Source: a virus
Taxonomy: Duplodnaviria > Caudoviricetes
Length of the DNA: 64,000 nt
Reading direction: 5' to 3' (one strand)
IMG/VR virus record: IMGVR_UViG_2558309013_000001
Span: 6,779-70,778 of that record
Below are positions 10,473 to 20,734 of the stretch, piece after piece. Made by a program: the position numbers and the translations under genes. Positions within the stretch are counted from its first letter, which is position 1; every line of letters begins with the position of its first letter. A model generated the notes under the pieces. It saw nothing but the letters and a program-made list of their open reading frames with translations, had not been told where the DNA came from and made no database searches.

Positions 10473-10497
10473 AGCAGTCTTCGTGACTGCTTTTTTT
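10473..10497 (+). terminator. Rho-independent terminator
   Basis: AGCAGTC-TTCGT-GACTGCT followed by T run. Confidence 0.75.
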
Positions 10498-10518
10498 AAT
10501 TCCTATGGAGGTTAGAAC

Positions 10519-10869
10519 ATGCCTCGAAAAGCTATGAAGCCCTGCCGACACTCCGGCTGCCCGAGACTTACTGAGGGGATCTACTGCGCAGAACATCTCC
10601 CCCTTCACCCTGACAGACCCTCTGCTTCAAAGCGAGGCTACGGCAGTAAATGGCAGCGATTAAGCAGGTCTTATCTCCGCAAGCACCCGCTCTGCGTCAA
10701 GTGCCTTGCAGAAGGTCGTTTCGTAACCGCTACCGTCGTCGACCATGTCATTCCCCACCGCGGCGACCACTCACTTATGTGGAGCGAATCCAACTGGCAG
10801 GCATTATGTAAGTCATGTCACGACAAGAAAACCGGAACTGAGGACAGCAGACCGGAATACACATACTAA
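10519..10869 (+). CDS. Terminase-associated HNH endonuclease
   Basis: PLCVKC, VVDHVIPH, NWQALCKSCHDKKT; directly upstream of terS. Confidence 0.9.
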   Translation: MPRKAMKPCRHSGCPRLTEGIYCAEHLPLHPDRPSASKRGYGSKWQRLSRSYLRKHPLCVKCLAEGRFVTATVVDHVIPHRGDHSLMWSESNWQALCKSCHDKKTGTEDSRPEYTY

Positions 10870-10970
10870 GCCCCGGGGGGTATCAAAATCTCTGCGAACT
10901 GCTCTCAGGAAGACCGGCGCCCCCTCTCACGCACAAAAACAGCATTTTCAAAGGGGGAATAACCCCGGCT
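10870..10970. other. Probable cos/packaging-initiation region
   Basis: GC-run-rich non-coding segment (CCCCGGGGGG...GGCGCCCCC...CCCCGG) between HNH and terS, the usual cos position in HNH-type cos phages. Confidence 0.45.
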
Positions 10971-11110
10971 CAGACAATAATCAAACCATGCCTGCAAATG
11001 GCTGAATACTGCAAATTTCTCCCGACAACACGTCGGGATTTTTTATGCTCTGCGGAGCTTTTTTCAAACGTTATTTGATTTCTTTGATTTTTTTCAAAGG
11101 AGGTGAACTC

Positions 11111-11665
11111 ATGGCAAAAGACGGTACAAAGCGCGGCGGAGCTAGACCTGGTGCAGGGCGCAAGCCTAAGGCTCTGAAGGAGAAATTAGACGCCGGCAAT
11201 CCCGGCGGTCGCAAGCTTACTGTCCTGGATATTCCCGAAACACTGGGAGCTGATATGGAAGGGGTCGATATGCCGCCTCCGGGAGAATACCTTTCCGCAG
11301 TTCAGCGCGACGGCGAGAAGCTCTGCGCCGCTGAAATATACAACCATACCGCCGCATGGCTTAAGAAGCTGGGCTGCGAAAAAATGGTAAATCCACAGCT
11401 TATCGAGCAATACGCCATGAGCGTTGCCCGATGGATACAGTGCGAGGAGGCTATCAGCAGGTATGGATTTCTCGGCAAGCATCCGACCTCAAATGCGCCT
11501 ATTCAAAGTCCATATGTCGCCATGTCACAGAATTACATGAAGCAGACCAACAATGCATGGTACCAGATTTTTCAGGTTGTCAAGGAGAACTGCTCAGTCG
11601 ATGCAACAGGTGCAAATCCTATGGACGACGCTATGGAGCGGCTTCTCCGCGCAGGTCGCAAATAG
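11111..11665 (+). CDS. terS: Terminase small subunit (P27 family)
   Basis: RGGARPGAGRK start, LIEQYAMSVARWIQCE, SPYV; GGAGGTG RBS. Confidence 0.85.
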   Translation: MAKDGTKRGGARPGAGRKPKALKEKLDAGNPGGRKLTVLDIPETLGADMEGVDMPPPGEYLSAVQRDGEKLCAAEIYNHTAAWLKKLGCEKMVNPQLIEQYAMSVARWIQCEEAISRYGFLGKHPTSNAPIQSPYVAMSQNYMKQTNNAWYQIFQVVKENCSVDATGANPMDDAMERLLRAGRK

Positions 11666-11677
11666 AAAGGAGTTCCT

Positions 11678-11791
11678 ATGAAGAAAGCTTCAAATCCCAG
11701 ACAGATTTACAAGCCCCAGCAGAATTACCGCAACATCACTGACACCCGTAAATGCCTGAAAAGAGTAATGAAACGGAGGAATACCCGATGA
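11678..11791 (+). CDS. Small basic hypothetical protein (37 aa)
   Basis: AAGGAG RBS; ATGA overlap with methylase. Confidence 0.4.
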   Translation: MKKASNPRQIYKPQQNYRNITDTRKCLKRVMKRRNTR

Positions 11792-13050
11792 AAACAACCA
11801 CTGAATTCCAGCTTGTCGCTACCGAGAAGCTCATACCCTACGTCAACAATGCCCGAACGCACTCCCCTGAGCAGATTACCAAGCTCCGCTCATCTCTGCG
11901 GGAGTTCGGCTTCATAAATCCAGTCATCATCGACAAGGATTACAACGTAATTGCAGGTCATGGACGTATCGCCGCCGCTAAAGATGAGGGCATTGCGGAG
12001 GTCCCCTGCGTCCTTGTGGACTACCTTACCGAGGCACAGAAAAAAGCCTACATACTGGCCGATAATCGCATGGCACTTGATGCAGGCTGGGACGAAGAAA
12101 TGCTCCGTATTGAGATTGAGTCCCTGCAGGCTGAGGCTTTCGACATAGGTCTCACCGGCTTTGACGACAAGGAGCTCGCCGACCTGTTCCGCACTGACGG
12201 AAGTGAAGCCCATGAGGACGATTTTGACCTTGAGGCTGAGCTTGAAAAGCCCTGCTGCTCCAAGCCCGGCGACATCTGGCATATTGGCAGGCACACTGTT
12301 ATCTGCGGAGACTCCACTCTCCCGGAGACATACACAGCTCTTCTCGGCGACACTAAGGTAAACCTGGTCTGCACGGATCCGCCCTACCTGGTAAACCTTG
12401 AAAGTAGCTCCGGCAGGATAAAAAATGACGACCTCGATGACGAGGCCGGCTATAAGTTCCTGAAATCCGCCTTTGAGCGACTTCACGACGCTATGGCAAA
12501 GGACGCAAGTATTTACGTTTTCTATGCAACTTCAAAAGCTCGGGTATTCCATGACGCATACGAGGACGCAGGCTTCAAGGTTGGCGCAGGACTGGTCTGG
12601 AAAAAGGACCGACTTGTTCTCACACGCACCGACTGGAAATACATACACGAGCCGATAATCTGGGGCTGGCGCAAGGACGGAAAGCATATATGGTACGGGG
12701 ACCAGAAACAGCGCACTGTCTTTGAATTCGACCGCATAAAGAACAGCAAAGACGACGGCTGCGGACACCCAAGCTCCAAACCTGTACCGCTTATTGCCTA
12801 TCTTATCTCCCAGTGCACCCAGTCAAACGGACTGGTGCTGGACTGCTTCCTCGGCTCTGCTTCAACGCTCATCGCCTGCGAGCAGCTTGACCGTATCTGC
12901 TACGGCGTAGAGCTGGAGCCTAAGTTCGTTGATGTCGCTGTGAAAAGGTACATAAAGCTCCACGAAGGCAGGTCTGATGATGTGTATCTTATTCGTGACG
13001 GTGAGCAGATTACATATGCAGAGATGATGAAGAATACCGAGGAAGTATAA
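11788..13050 (+). CDS. ParB-N fused DNA N4/N6 methyltransferase
   Basis: LIPYVNNARTH...IAGHGR ParB-like domain; TDPPY catalytic motif; HPSSKP; VLDCFLGS SAM motif. Confidence 0.9.
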   Translation: MKTTTEFQLVATEKLIPYVNNARTHSPEQITKLRSSLREFGFINPVIIDKDYNVIAGHGRIAAAKDEGIAEVPCVLVDYLTEAQKKAYILADNRMALDAGWDEEMLRIEIESLQAEAFDIGLTGFDDKELADLFRTDGSEAHEDDFDLEAELEKPCCSKPGDIWHIGRHTVICGDSTLPETYTALLGDTKVNLVCTDPPYLVNLESSSGRIKNDDLDDEAGYKFLKSAFERLHDAMAKDASIYVFYATSKARVFHDAYEDAGFKVGAGLVWKKDRLVLTRTDWKYIHEPIIWGWRKDGKHIWYGDQKQRTVFEFDRIKNSKDDGCGHPSSKPVPLIAYLISQCTQSNGLVLDCFLGSASTLIACEQLDRICYGVELEPKFVDVAVKRYIKLHEGRSDDVYLIRDGEQITYAEMMKNTEEV

Positions 13051-13055
13051 TATGA

Positions 13056-14105
13056 TCATTCTTTCAGTTTTACATATATCGGAATAATATCTAATTTAAA
13101 ATTTGGAGCTATTTTTGAAAAAGACTCTATTTTTGATTCAATTTTATTGCAAAGAGTTTCATTTATTTCAGGATACCTTGAAGGATTCTCAGATATTGTT
13201 ATTTCATAATTAAAGAAATGAAACATATCCACTTTAGCTATTATTCTATCATTTTTCGATTCTATGTTTATAGTAATATTATGGTCAGGTAAATTCATCC
13301 ATTGTTCCCATTCCTGATCATCCATTTTTTTATACAGAGGTTCACAAGTAGCATTAGTTGGTAAAATGTTATCGCCTTTTTTATCAAAGTTTTTCAAAAA
13401 TAATCTTATTGGTTCTGCTAAATCATCATCTAAATACTTCAAATCTGTTATTACACAAATATACTCATATGCCATTTTCAATGCCAAAGGATAACAGCAT
13501 TTTATCAAATAAGTAAGTTCCTCTTTACCATATGAGAGGAACAAAATCCTAGGTTTTTTTTCTAAAAATTGTTTTTTTTCAACAAAACAAGCCCCCTCAC
13601 CGCTATTATCCGAATGAGAATCTTTCTTTATATACAAAGCAGATACGGACACATGCTTGTATTTTTCAGACAGTTTGTCAATTGTTTTTTCAAAAAATTT
13701 TCTGAAGTTTTTTTCGTCACTTACTATAAGCTTTCCTTCGGCATAGTCATATACTCCCGGAATTGCGGTACATTTTTTGAAATATCCTTTTTTATCCATT
13801 TCCATAAGTACTTTAACATTCGTAACAATTCCTGGATTATCTTTGAACTCTAAAGGGTAAAAAGTTTCTGTTTTAGATTCTTTATATGGATTCGGAATTC
13901 CTTTCCTACCAGCTATATTTAACAAATATCTGATTCCAACTAATGTATCAGAAGCAAATACATCAACAGAGTCGCCAAAATTACTATTGCAATCTTCACA
14001 TACACATTTAAATTTTTTTTTACCGCCCAGTGACTTTAAGATAATATGTTCATCATTAAAAAAAGAATCATCTTTCATCTTCTTACAAAGAATACATATA
14101 CGCAC
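13056..14105 (-). CDS. Moron: HNH (HNH_5-like) endonuclease domain protein
   Basis: CILC, EHII..SLGG, VCEDCN; very AT-rich, antisense to phage operon. Confidence 0.75.
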   Translation of the reverse strand: MRICILCKKMKDDSFFNDEHIILKSLGGKKKFKCVCEDCNSNFGDSVDVFASDTLVGIRYLLNIAGRKGIPNPYKESKTETFYPLEFKDNPGIVTNVKVLMEMDKKGYFKKCTAIPGVYDYAEGKLIVSDEKNFRKFFEKTIDKLSEKYKHVSVSALYIKKDSHSDNSGEGACFVEKKQFLEKKPRILFLSYGKEELTYLIKCCYPLALKMAYEYICVITDLKYLDDDLAEPIRLFLKNFDKKGDNILPTNATCEPLYKKMDDQEWEQWMNLPDHNITINIESKNDRIIAKVDMFHFFNYEITISENPSRYPEINETLCNKIESKIESFSKIAPNFKLDIIPIYVKLKE

Positions 14106-14306
14106 GATAAAACCTCCTGTTTTTTCTGTTCATTTAAAATTATAAAATATAACAACCTATTTGTCAATATATAACTTGTAATATGCACAAATCAACGCCT
14201 CATGTTATTCACATATTCTCCGTATTACAGTATTGCTATCTGTGCAGTTCAGAGTTAATATGTGAATACGATAAAACACCGCATCAGCGGTACACAGGAG
14301 GTCACT

Positions 14307-14954
14307 ATGGAGATAAAATGCAACATTGAAAAGGACCAGCGAAAAGCACTGGCACAAAAAATCGGCGAGCTTGCAGACTTTGACATTCACTACTGCGGAG
14401 TTCCCACCTGTGCTTACGAAATCGGCTTCTTTACGCTGGACAAAGACGCAGTTCTTTCCTTCCCCGACAGAGAGAACACAGAAATCATAGAGAGGGTGCT
14501 GGAGGGGCTTCACGAAGCTGGCTACAACAGCGCTCCCGACGCACTTACAGTATCCATGCCCAAGAATATGCTCAATGACGAAGCCTTATTTAATCTGCGC
14601 CGAATCATAGCCAACAAGGAACAGCTCTTCAAGAAGGCATTTGACGCAGTTTCTCTTGAAATCACAGAGAGTGTGGAAACCATTGATTTCCCATGGTTCA
14701 CGGTTACGGGCGCAGAGGATACCGACGCATACACACGCTTTATTACAATGCTCTGCGAGTTTGCCAAAAACCAGAAACGTGTCAACAACAAGCCCGACAC
14801 CAGTGATAACGAGAAGTATTCCCTGCGATGTTTCCTGCTGAGGATAGGCATGATAGGCGATGAATACAAGTCCGCACGCCGAGTTCTGCTACACAGGTTG
14901 ACCGGAAGTTCGGCATTCCGCCATGGAGGTGCAAACAATGAGACTTCCAAGTAA
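14307..14954 (+). CDS. Phage 'virulence-related' family protein (function unknown)
   Basis: RKALAQKI, Y.GVPT.AYEIG, IDFPWF, NEKYSLRCFLLRIG. Confidence 0.7.
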   Translation: MEIKCNIEKDQRKALAQKIGELADFDIHYCGVPTCAYEIGFFTLDKDAVLSFPDRENTEIIERVLEGLHEAGYNSAPDALTVSMPKNMLNDEALFNLRRIIANKEQLFKKAFDAVSLEITESVETIDFPWFTVTGAEDTDAYTRFITMLCEFAKNQKRVNNKPDTSDNEKYSLRCFLLRIGMIGDEYKSARRVLLHRLTGSSAFRHGGANNETSK

Positions 14955-15174
14955 AACCGAGATAGAGCGCCTGCGGAAGATGTATCCACCTGGCACTCGC
15001 ATACGCCTTATATTCATGTCTGCGGAGCCGTATCCACTTCCGCCGGGCAGTATCGGCGAAGTTGAACTTGTCGATGACGCCGGCAACATAAACATGAAAT
15101 GGGAATGCGGCAGAGGGCTCTCACTTATCGCCGGCGTTGACAGCTTTGAAGTAATACCGGCAGCTCCGAAATAA
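14938..15174 (+). CDS. DUF4314 family protein
   Basis: YPPGTRIRL..M, G.V..VDDAG.I..KW..G..L.L..GVD. Confidence 0.75.
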   Translation: MRLPSKTEIERLRKMYPPGTRIRLIFMSAEPYPLPPGSIGEVELVDDAGNINMKWECGRGLSLIAGVDSFEVIPAAPK

Positions 15175-15361
15175 GAGAGCACCTATTCCATTGTATCCCA
15201 TATTACCATAGGATTGCAAGTATATCAAGTGTGTAAATACACCAATCATCAAAGTCGTGTATTTGCCTATATTCTGTAGTTTTAGCGGCTTGATATATCC
15301 TCCGTTCAGAGTTAATATGTACATGCCGAAAGGGAAAACACCCACACTGGAGGATACAAAA

Positions 15362-16306
15362 ATGACTGAGAAAACAGCAAGGCAGATAGCAAAAATGAAG
15401 GAGCAGACAATAGGATGCGAAGTTGAGATGAACAACATCACAAGGAACAGAGCAGCAAAGCTTGCCGCAGACTTCTTCGGAACAGGCAGATACGAAAACA
15501 CCGCAGGTCGCAACGGCTACTGCACATGGAGCGCATGGGACACACAGGGCAGAGAATGGAAGTTCCAGAAAGACGTCAGCATTTCCGGACCTGACGATGA
15601 AAAATGCGAACTGGTAACGCCAATACTTACCTACGCAGACATCGAGCTTTTGCAGGAGCTCATACGCCGCCTGAGAAAAGCCGGAGCAATCAGCCACGCA
15701 GGAGTTGGCGCAGGAGTACACATTCACATCGGCGCAAACGGTCACACACCGCAGACGCTTCGCAACCTTGCAAACATCATGGCGAGCCACGAGGAGCTTA
15801 TCGCGGAAGCCTTGAAGCTCAACGCAAACCGCATGGCAAGATACTGCCGCACAATTAATCCAGAATTCGTCAGACTTATAAACGCCAAGAAGCCCCGAAC
15901 AATGGCTCAGCTTGCAGACATCTGGTACACAGCAAACCACGCAACATACGGCAGAAACGAGCACTACAACGACAGCCGCTACCACATGACAAACTATCAT
16001 GCGGTTTTCACCAAGGGCACCATTGAGTTCCGACTTTTTGAATTTGAGAAGCCTGCAAACGGCAGAAGAAACGGACTTCACGCAGGTCGCCTCAAGAGCT
16101 ACATTCAGCTTTGCCTTGCACTCAGTCAAATGGCAAAGGATCTGAGAACTGCAAGTCCCAAGCCTCAGCAGCACGAGAACCCAACCTTCGCAATGAGAAC
16201 CTGGCTTATGAGAATGGGCTTCATCGGGGACGAATTTGCGACCGCAAGAGATGTTCTCACAAAGAACCTTACCGGCGACAACGCATTCCGCTTCGGCAGA
16301 CCTTGA
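15362..16306 (+). CDS. Amidoligase family (COOH-NH2 ligase-type) protein
   Basis: GCEVE, DVSI, ELVTP, GVHIHIG, TIEFRLF. Confidence 0.85.
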   Translation: MTEKTARQIAKMKEQTIGCEVEMNNITRNRAAKLAADFFGTGRYENTAGRNGYCTWSAWDTQGREWKFQKDVSISGPDDEKCELVTPILTYADIELLQELIRRLRKAGAISHAGVGAGVHIHIGANGHTPQTLRNLANIMASHEELIAEALKLNANRMARYCRTINPEFVRLINAKKPRTMAQLADIWYTANHATYGRNEHYNDSRYHMTNYHAVFTKGTIEFRLFEFEKPANGRRNGLHAGRLKSYIQLCLALSQMAKDLRTASPKPQQHENPTFAMRTWLMRMGFIGDEFATARDVLTKNLTGDNAFRFGRP

Positions 16307-16611
16307 AAAAGGTCTGCTGCCCACACAGGAGTCTCCACAACGCCCTGTAAGGCCGCCAAGACATATCACTCGCAAACTTTACCGTCTTCAAACAGAGCAG
16401 CCTTAAAAGCCATTCTGAGCAATCCTGAGCGAAGCCATATATTACACAAGAAGCTGTGCAAAACTGCAACGGATATTCTGTACATTCAGACACTTGATAT
16501 ATCCCCTGTAAAGAGTTAATATTTGACTACCGGAACGGAAAAGCCTAACACCGCCGCCATTGTGCGGCTTAAGGTGGTGAAGGCAGTCGCCTTCGGAAAG
16601 GAATGAATGCA

Positions 16612-17076
16612 ATGAATAAATATTACCTTGCCTATGGCTCAAACCTCAATGTCCGCCAGATGCGGTACCGTTGTCCGGAAGCACGCATTGTCGGTATAAG
16701 CGTCATCAAAAACTACGAGCTTCTCTACAAGGGAAGCAAGACCGGCGCTTACCTTACCATTGAAAAGAAAAAAGGAAGCCTTGTTCCCATTGCGGTATGG
16801 GAAGTTTCCGACGCTGACGAATCAAGGCTTGACATCTACGAAGGCTTCCCCGACTTCTACTACAAGAAGAATGTTCGTCTGCCGGTAAAGCTCATTAGGA
16901 ACAGCAAGACCAAAGAGCTTGACGCATTTGTCTACATCATGCATGAGGAGCGCAAGCTGGGAGTTCCCACAACTTCATATATCCGAACCTGCGAGGAAGG
17001 CTACCGTAACTTCGGCTTTGATAATAAGTTCCTTGATGAAGCATATGAGATCAGCGCAAAGGAGGTACAGAAATGA
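16612..17076 (+). CDS. Gamma-glutamylcyclotransferase (AIG2-like)
   Basis: YLAYGSNL...QM..RCP, LDIYEGFP. Confidence 0.85.
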   Translation: MNKYYLAYGSNLNVRQMRYRCPEARIVGISVIKNYELLYKGSKTGAYLTIEKKKGSLVPIAVWEVSDADESRLDIYEGFPDFYYKKNVRLPVKLIRNSKTKELDAFVYIMHEERKLGVPTTSYIRTCEEGYRNFGFDNKFLDEAYEISAKEVQK

Positions 17077-17273
17077 AAGAGCAGAACAGAGAACCAAGCA
17101 TATGCCCCATATGCGGGCAGAGCTTCAGAGCACATCCGGCGCTTTCAAGGATAGATAACGCTACTCTTATATGTCCGGACTGCGGAACAAGGGAAGCACT
17201 TGAAAGCATAGGTGTAGGACGCGAGGAACAGGACAAGATACTGGGAATTATCCATACAAAATACGACGCATGA
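17073..17273 (+). CDS. Small zinc-ribbon hypothetical protein
   Basis: CPICG...PALSR.DN...ICPDCG.REAL. Confidence 0.7.
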   Translation: MKEQNREPSICPICGQSFRAHPALSRIDNATLICPDCGTREALESIGVGREEQDKILGIIHTKYDA

Positions 17274-17334
17274 TAAAGTTTTCTGGTGCCGCTGTGGGAC
17301 AGAGATAATAATCTGCTGACCCACAGTTGGCTTT

Positions 17335-17505
17335 TTACTTGTCGAGACCTGATGTGTCAGGCGGCTTTTCAGGATTATAATCGCAAATTATCTCTTTTTC
17401 CATTACAGAATCGCCGCCATCATCGTCGCCATTTTTGCGCTTGTTCAGATTAATACAATTGTAATTGCGCATTTCCAGATAGATAAAATTCTCATAGATG
17501 TCCAT
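17335..17505 (-). CDS. Possible small antisense moron ORF
   Basis: AAGGGGG RBS before ATG 17505; ends at hairpin 17288-17335. Confidence 0.35.
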   Translation of the reverse strand: MDIYENFIYLEMRNYNCINLNKRKNGDDDGGDSVMEKEIICDYNPEKPPDTSGLDK

Positions 17506-17823
17506 GTCATTTCCCCCCTTTCTTGGCGCTATTATATCACCGTGATTGCAGTTTGGCAATAGTTTTGAGAAAAGTTCAGAGGATTATATAATAAATGTTT
17601 TAACTTAAATAATAATATAGATATTATTATATATTATATTATTATTTAAGAGAATTTTTCTATTTGTGCAATTTGCATATACAAAAAGGAATTATTACAC
17701 AACTGCCCCCTTTGTATTCGAGGCATTATTCTGTAGTTTTAGCGGCTTGATATATCACCAGTTCAGAGGTAATATGTGTGTACCGCAAGAACAGCGGAAT
17801 AAAGCCACAAAGGAGCAATTCAC

Positions 17824-18174
17824 ATGAAAATCTTAATATGCGAACCCGGCAAGCATCCATACGAAAAGGACATTGAACACACCCTTGAGAACCTACAGAA
17901 AATTGTCGGCGGATATATCCAGGCAATTTACCCTTACGATGAACAGGTCGCAGTTATTTGCAACGAAGACGGAATTTTCCTCGACCTTGAATGGAACAGA
18001 GTAGTTGAGAAATACGGTCCCATAAAAGGAACCTTCTTCATATGCGGTCTGGACTTTGACGACTTCTGCGACCTTACCGATGAGCAGATAAAACGCTATA
18101 AAAAACGTTTCTGGAATCCTGAGATGCTTATCCCGACACCTGACGGAATGATACAGGTTGTAATTTCCGAATAA
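17824..18174 (+). CDS. DUF3846 family protein
   Basis: EPGK.P, LENLQKIVGGYI, ICNEDG, IKGTFFICG. Confidence 0.75.
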   Translation: MKILICEPGKHPYEKDIEHTLENLQKIVGGYIQAIYPYDEQVAVICNEDGIFLDLEWNRVVEKYGPIKGTFFICGLDFDDFCDLTDEQIKRYKKRFWNPEMLIPTPDGMIQVVISE

Positions 18175-18192
18175 GAAAGCAGGTGCAGTATT

Positions 18193-18432
18193 ATGTGGAA
18201 GGAAGGCACGATTGGAATTCCGAAAAAGGAAGGCGGCTACACAGTAGTTCACTACTGCGCAAAGGTCTACAAAAAGAAAAGCAGGTACGGAATTGACGGT
18301 GGAAGGATCAGTAAGGCAACGCTGAAAATCAATGGCAAGGTTGTTTATAACTTCGACCGAGGGCTTGATGTCTCGCCGCAGACCGAGGCAGCTGAAAAGG
18401 CACTGGCGATCCTGATGTACGAATACAACTAA
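18193..18432 (+). CDS. Conserved phage hypothetical protein
   Basis: MWKEGTI, S.YGI.GGRISK, NFDRG.D. Confidence 0.7.
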   Translation: MWKEGTIGIPKKEGGYTVVHYCAKVYKKKSRYGIDGGRISKATLKINGKVVYNFDRGLDVSPQTEAAEKALAILMYEYN

Positions 18433-18473
18433 AAACACGAAGGCGGCTACCGGAGGGCAGCCGCCTTTCAATC

Positions 18474-19043
18474 TCATTCATTATCCTTTTCGCTCCACCT
18501 GAATGCTCTTTTATGATTCACATTCAGAATAGCATAGGATATGAGGTGTAGGCCTTTGAGATGCTCAAATACTTCATAAAACCGTTTTTCAAATGATTCA
18601 TAATCATCAAAAGCCAGATCATCTAACTGGATGTTTAATATCGGATAGATCATACCACGATTATCGCACCATTCAGGCTTGTTATCATACCAGTCGGCAT
18701 AAAGGTGCCCTTTCCACTTTTCACCATAGGAAGAAATGAGCAATCTCTTGTTGACATCTGGCTCTGATTCTCCATCTAAACATGGTGTGAATCTTATCAA
18801 CTGTGATCTATTTTCCGGATTCTCTATGAATACTCTCCCGCATGACGGGCATTGATATAAATTCAACTGAAACAGATCATCAATACGCTCATAAATTGCA
18901 TGACTATTTTCATGTGGCTTTTCAAGTTCTTCTATGCAGTCCCAGAACTCATTCCAATCCTGATCTGCAATGATTCTTCCTTTATAAGAAAGACAATCTG
19001 TGCTATCATGAAACCGATATCCACATTTACATAGAAAGTGCAT
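18474..19043 (-). CDS. Moron: Cys-rich hypothetical protein
   Basis: True start MHFLCKCG after GGGGGTG; YQCPSCGR; AT-rich, antisense, immediately before terL. Confidence 0.7.
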   Translation of the reverse strand: MHFLCKCGYRFHDSTDCLSYKGRIIADQDWNEFWDCIEELEKPHENSHAIYERIDDLFQLNLYQCPSCGRVFIENPENRSQLIRFTPCLDGESEPDVNKRLLISSYGEKWKGHLYADWYDNKPEWCDNRGMIYPILNIQLDDLAFDDYESFEKRFYEVFEHLKGLHLISYAILNVNHKRAFRWSEKDNE

Positions 19044-19112
19044 GGAAACACCCCCGTGTTCTTTTTTATTATCATAACCGAAAAAACGCAAAATGTCAAG
19101 GAGGTGAGGCGC

Positions 19113-20714
19113 TTGCGAAAGCTGAAAGATTATACACCGACGCAGTTCATGGCGGAGGATTCCCATTACGACAAAGCCGCCGCTGACTATGCGGTGCGGT
19201 TCATTGAGTGCCTTGCCCATACCAAAGGCACATGGGCGGGAAAGCCGTTCGAGCTGATCGACTGGCAGGAGCGCATCATCCGTGACCTGTTCGGTGTTAT
19301 CAAGCACAACGGCTACCGGCAGTTCAACACGGCATACATCGAAATTCCGAAGAAAAACGGAAAGTCTGAGCTTGCCGCTGCGGTCGCCCTGCTTTTGACC
19401 TGCGGCGACGGTGAGGAACGTGCCGAGGTCTACGGCTGCGCTGCCGACCGACAGCAGGCTGCGATCGTGTTCGATGTCGCCGCCGACATGGTGCGGATGT
19501 GTCCCGCCCTGAACAAGCGAGTGAAGATCCTGACCTCGCAGAAGCGCATCGTGTATGTGCCGACCAACTCCTTCTATCAGGTGCTTTCCGCTGAGGCGTA
19601 CAGCAAGCACGGCTTCAACATCCACGGAGTCGTATTCGATGAACTGCATACCCAGCCTAACCGGAAGCTCTTTGACGTTATGACAAAAGGCTCCGGCGAT
19701 GCCCGAATGCAGCCGCTGTATTTCTTAATCACCACAGCAGGCACGGACACGAACAGCATCTGCTACGAGCAGCACCAGAAGGCGCAGGATATTCTCGAAG
19801 GGCGCAAGATCGACAAGACCTTCTATCCGGTCATCTACGGCGCACCGGACGATGCCGATTGGACTTCTCCGGAGGTCTGGAAGAATTCAAACCCTTCCCT
19901 CGGTGAAACGATCGGCATGGACAAGGTGGAAGCCGCCTGCGAATCCGCCAAGCAGAACCCCGGCGAAGAAAACGCCTTCCGGCAGCTTCGTCTGAATCAA
20001 TGGGTTAAGCAGACCGTCCGATGGATGCCGATGCACAAGTGGGACGCCTGCAAGGTCGATTTCGACGAATCGCTGCTGGAAGGGCGTGTATGTTATGGCG
20101 GTCTCGACCTCTCGTCCACGACGGATATCACTGCTTTCGTGCTGGTGTTTCCGCCGACCGATGAGGACGACCATTATTATATTCTGCCGTACTTCTGGCT
20201 GCCGGAGGAATCGCTTGACCTGCGTGTAAGGCGTGACCATGTGCCATATGATCTCTGGCAGAGGCAGGGCTTCCTGATGACTACCGAAGGCAACGTTGTC
20301 CATTACGGCTTCATTGAGAACTTCATCGACGAACTGGGTACACGGTTCAATATCCGGGAGATCGCATTTGACCGCTGGGGTGCTGTGCAGATGTCGCAGA
20401 ACCTTGAAGAGCTGGGCTTCACACTGGTACAGTTCGGTCAGGGCTACCGTGATATGTCGCCGCCGACCAAAGAGCTGATGAAGCTGACGCTGGAGCAGAA
20501 GATTGCCCACAACGGGCATCCGGTTCTCCGCTGGAATATGGACAACATTTTCATCAAGTGTGATCCCGCAGGGAACATCAAGCCGGATAAGGAAAAATCC
20601 ACGGAAAAGATTGACGGAACGGTCGCCACGATTATGGCGCTCGACCGTGCGATCCGCTGTGGAAACGACACTGGCGACAGCATTTATGACGAGAGGGATT
20701 TGTTAGTGTTGTAG
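19113..20714 (+). CDS. terL: Terminase large subunit
   Basis: TTG start after GGAGGTG; PKKNGKS Walker A, VFDELH, ITTAG, GLDLS, KIDG. Confidence 0.95.
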   Translation: MRKLKDYTPTQFMAEDSHYDKAAADYAVRFIECLAHTKGTWAGKPFELIDWQERIIRDLFGVIKHNGYRQFNTAYIEIPKKNGKSELAAAVALLLTCGDGEERAEVYGCAADRQQAAIVFDVAADMVRMCPALNKRVKILTSQKRIVYVPTNSFYQVLSAEAYSKHGFNIHGVVFDELHTQPNRKLFDVMTKGSGDARMQPLYFLITTAGTDTNSICYEQHQKAQDILEGRKIDKTFYPVIYGAPDDADWTSPEVWKNSNPSLGETIGMDKVEAACESAKQNPGEENAFRQLRLNQWVKQTVRWMPMHKWDACKVDFDESLLEGRVCYGGLDLSSTTDITAFVLVFPPTDEDDHYYILPYFWLPEESLDLRVRRDHVPYDLWQRQGFLMTTEGNVVHYGFIENFIDELGTRFNIREIAFDRWGAVQMSQNLEELGFTLVQFGQGYRDMSPPTKELMKLTLEQKIAHNGHPVLRWNMDNIFIKCDPAGNIKPDKEKSTEKIDGTVATIMALDRAIRCGNDTGDSIYDERDLLVL

Positions 20715-20734
20715 TTGCTGAGGTAAATCTGAAG

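Noticed and set aside
15203-16375. 390-aa minus-strand ORF
   Set aside because: Antisense shadow of the amidoligase with no recognisable motifs
19044-19649. N-terminal extension of the 391-aa minus ORF (likewise 21672-22286 of the 453-aa ORF)
   Set aside because: Antisense shadows of terL and portal; true starts with RBS are at 19043 and 21671
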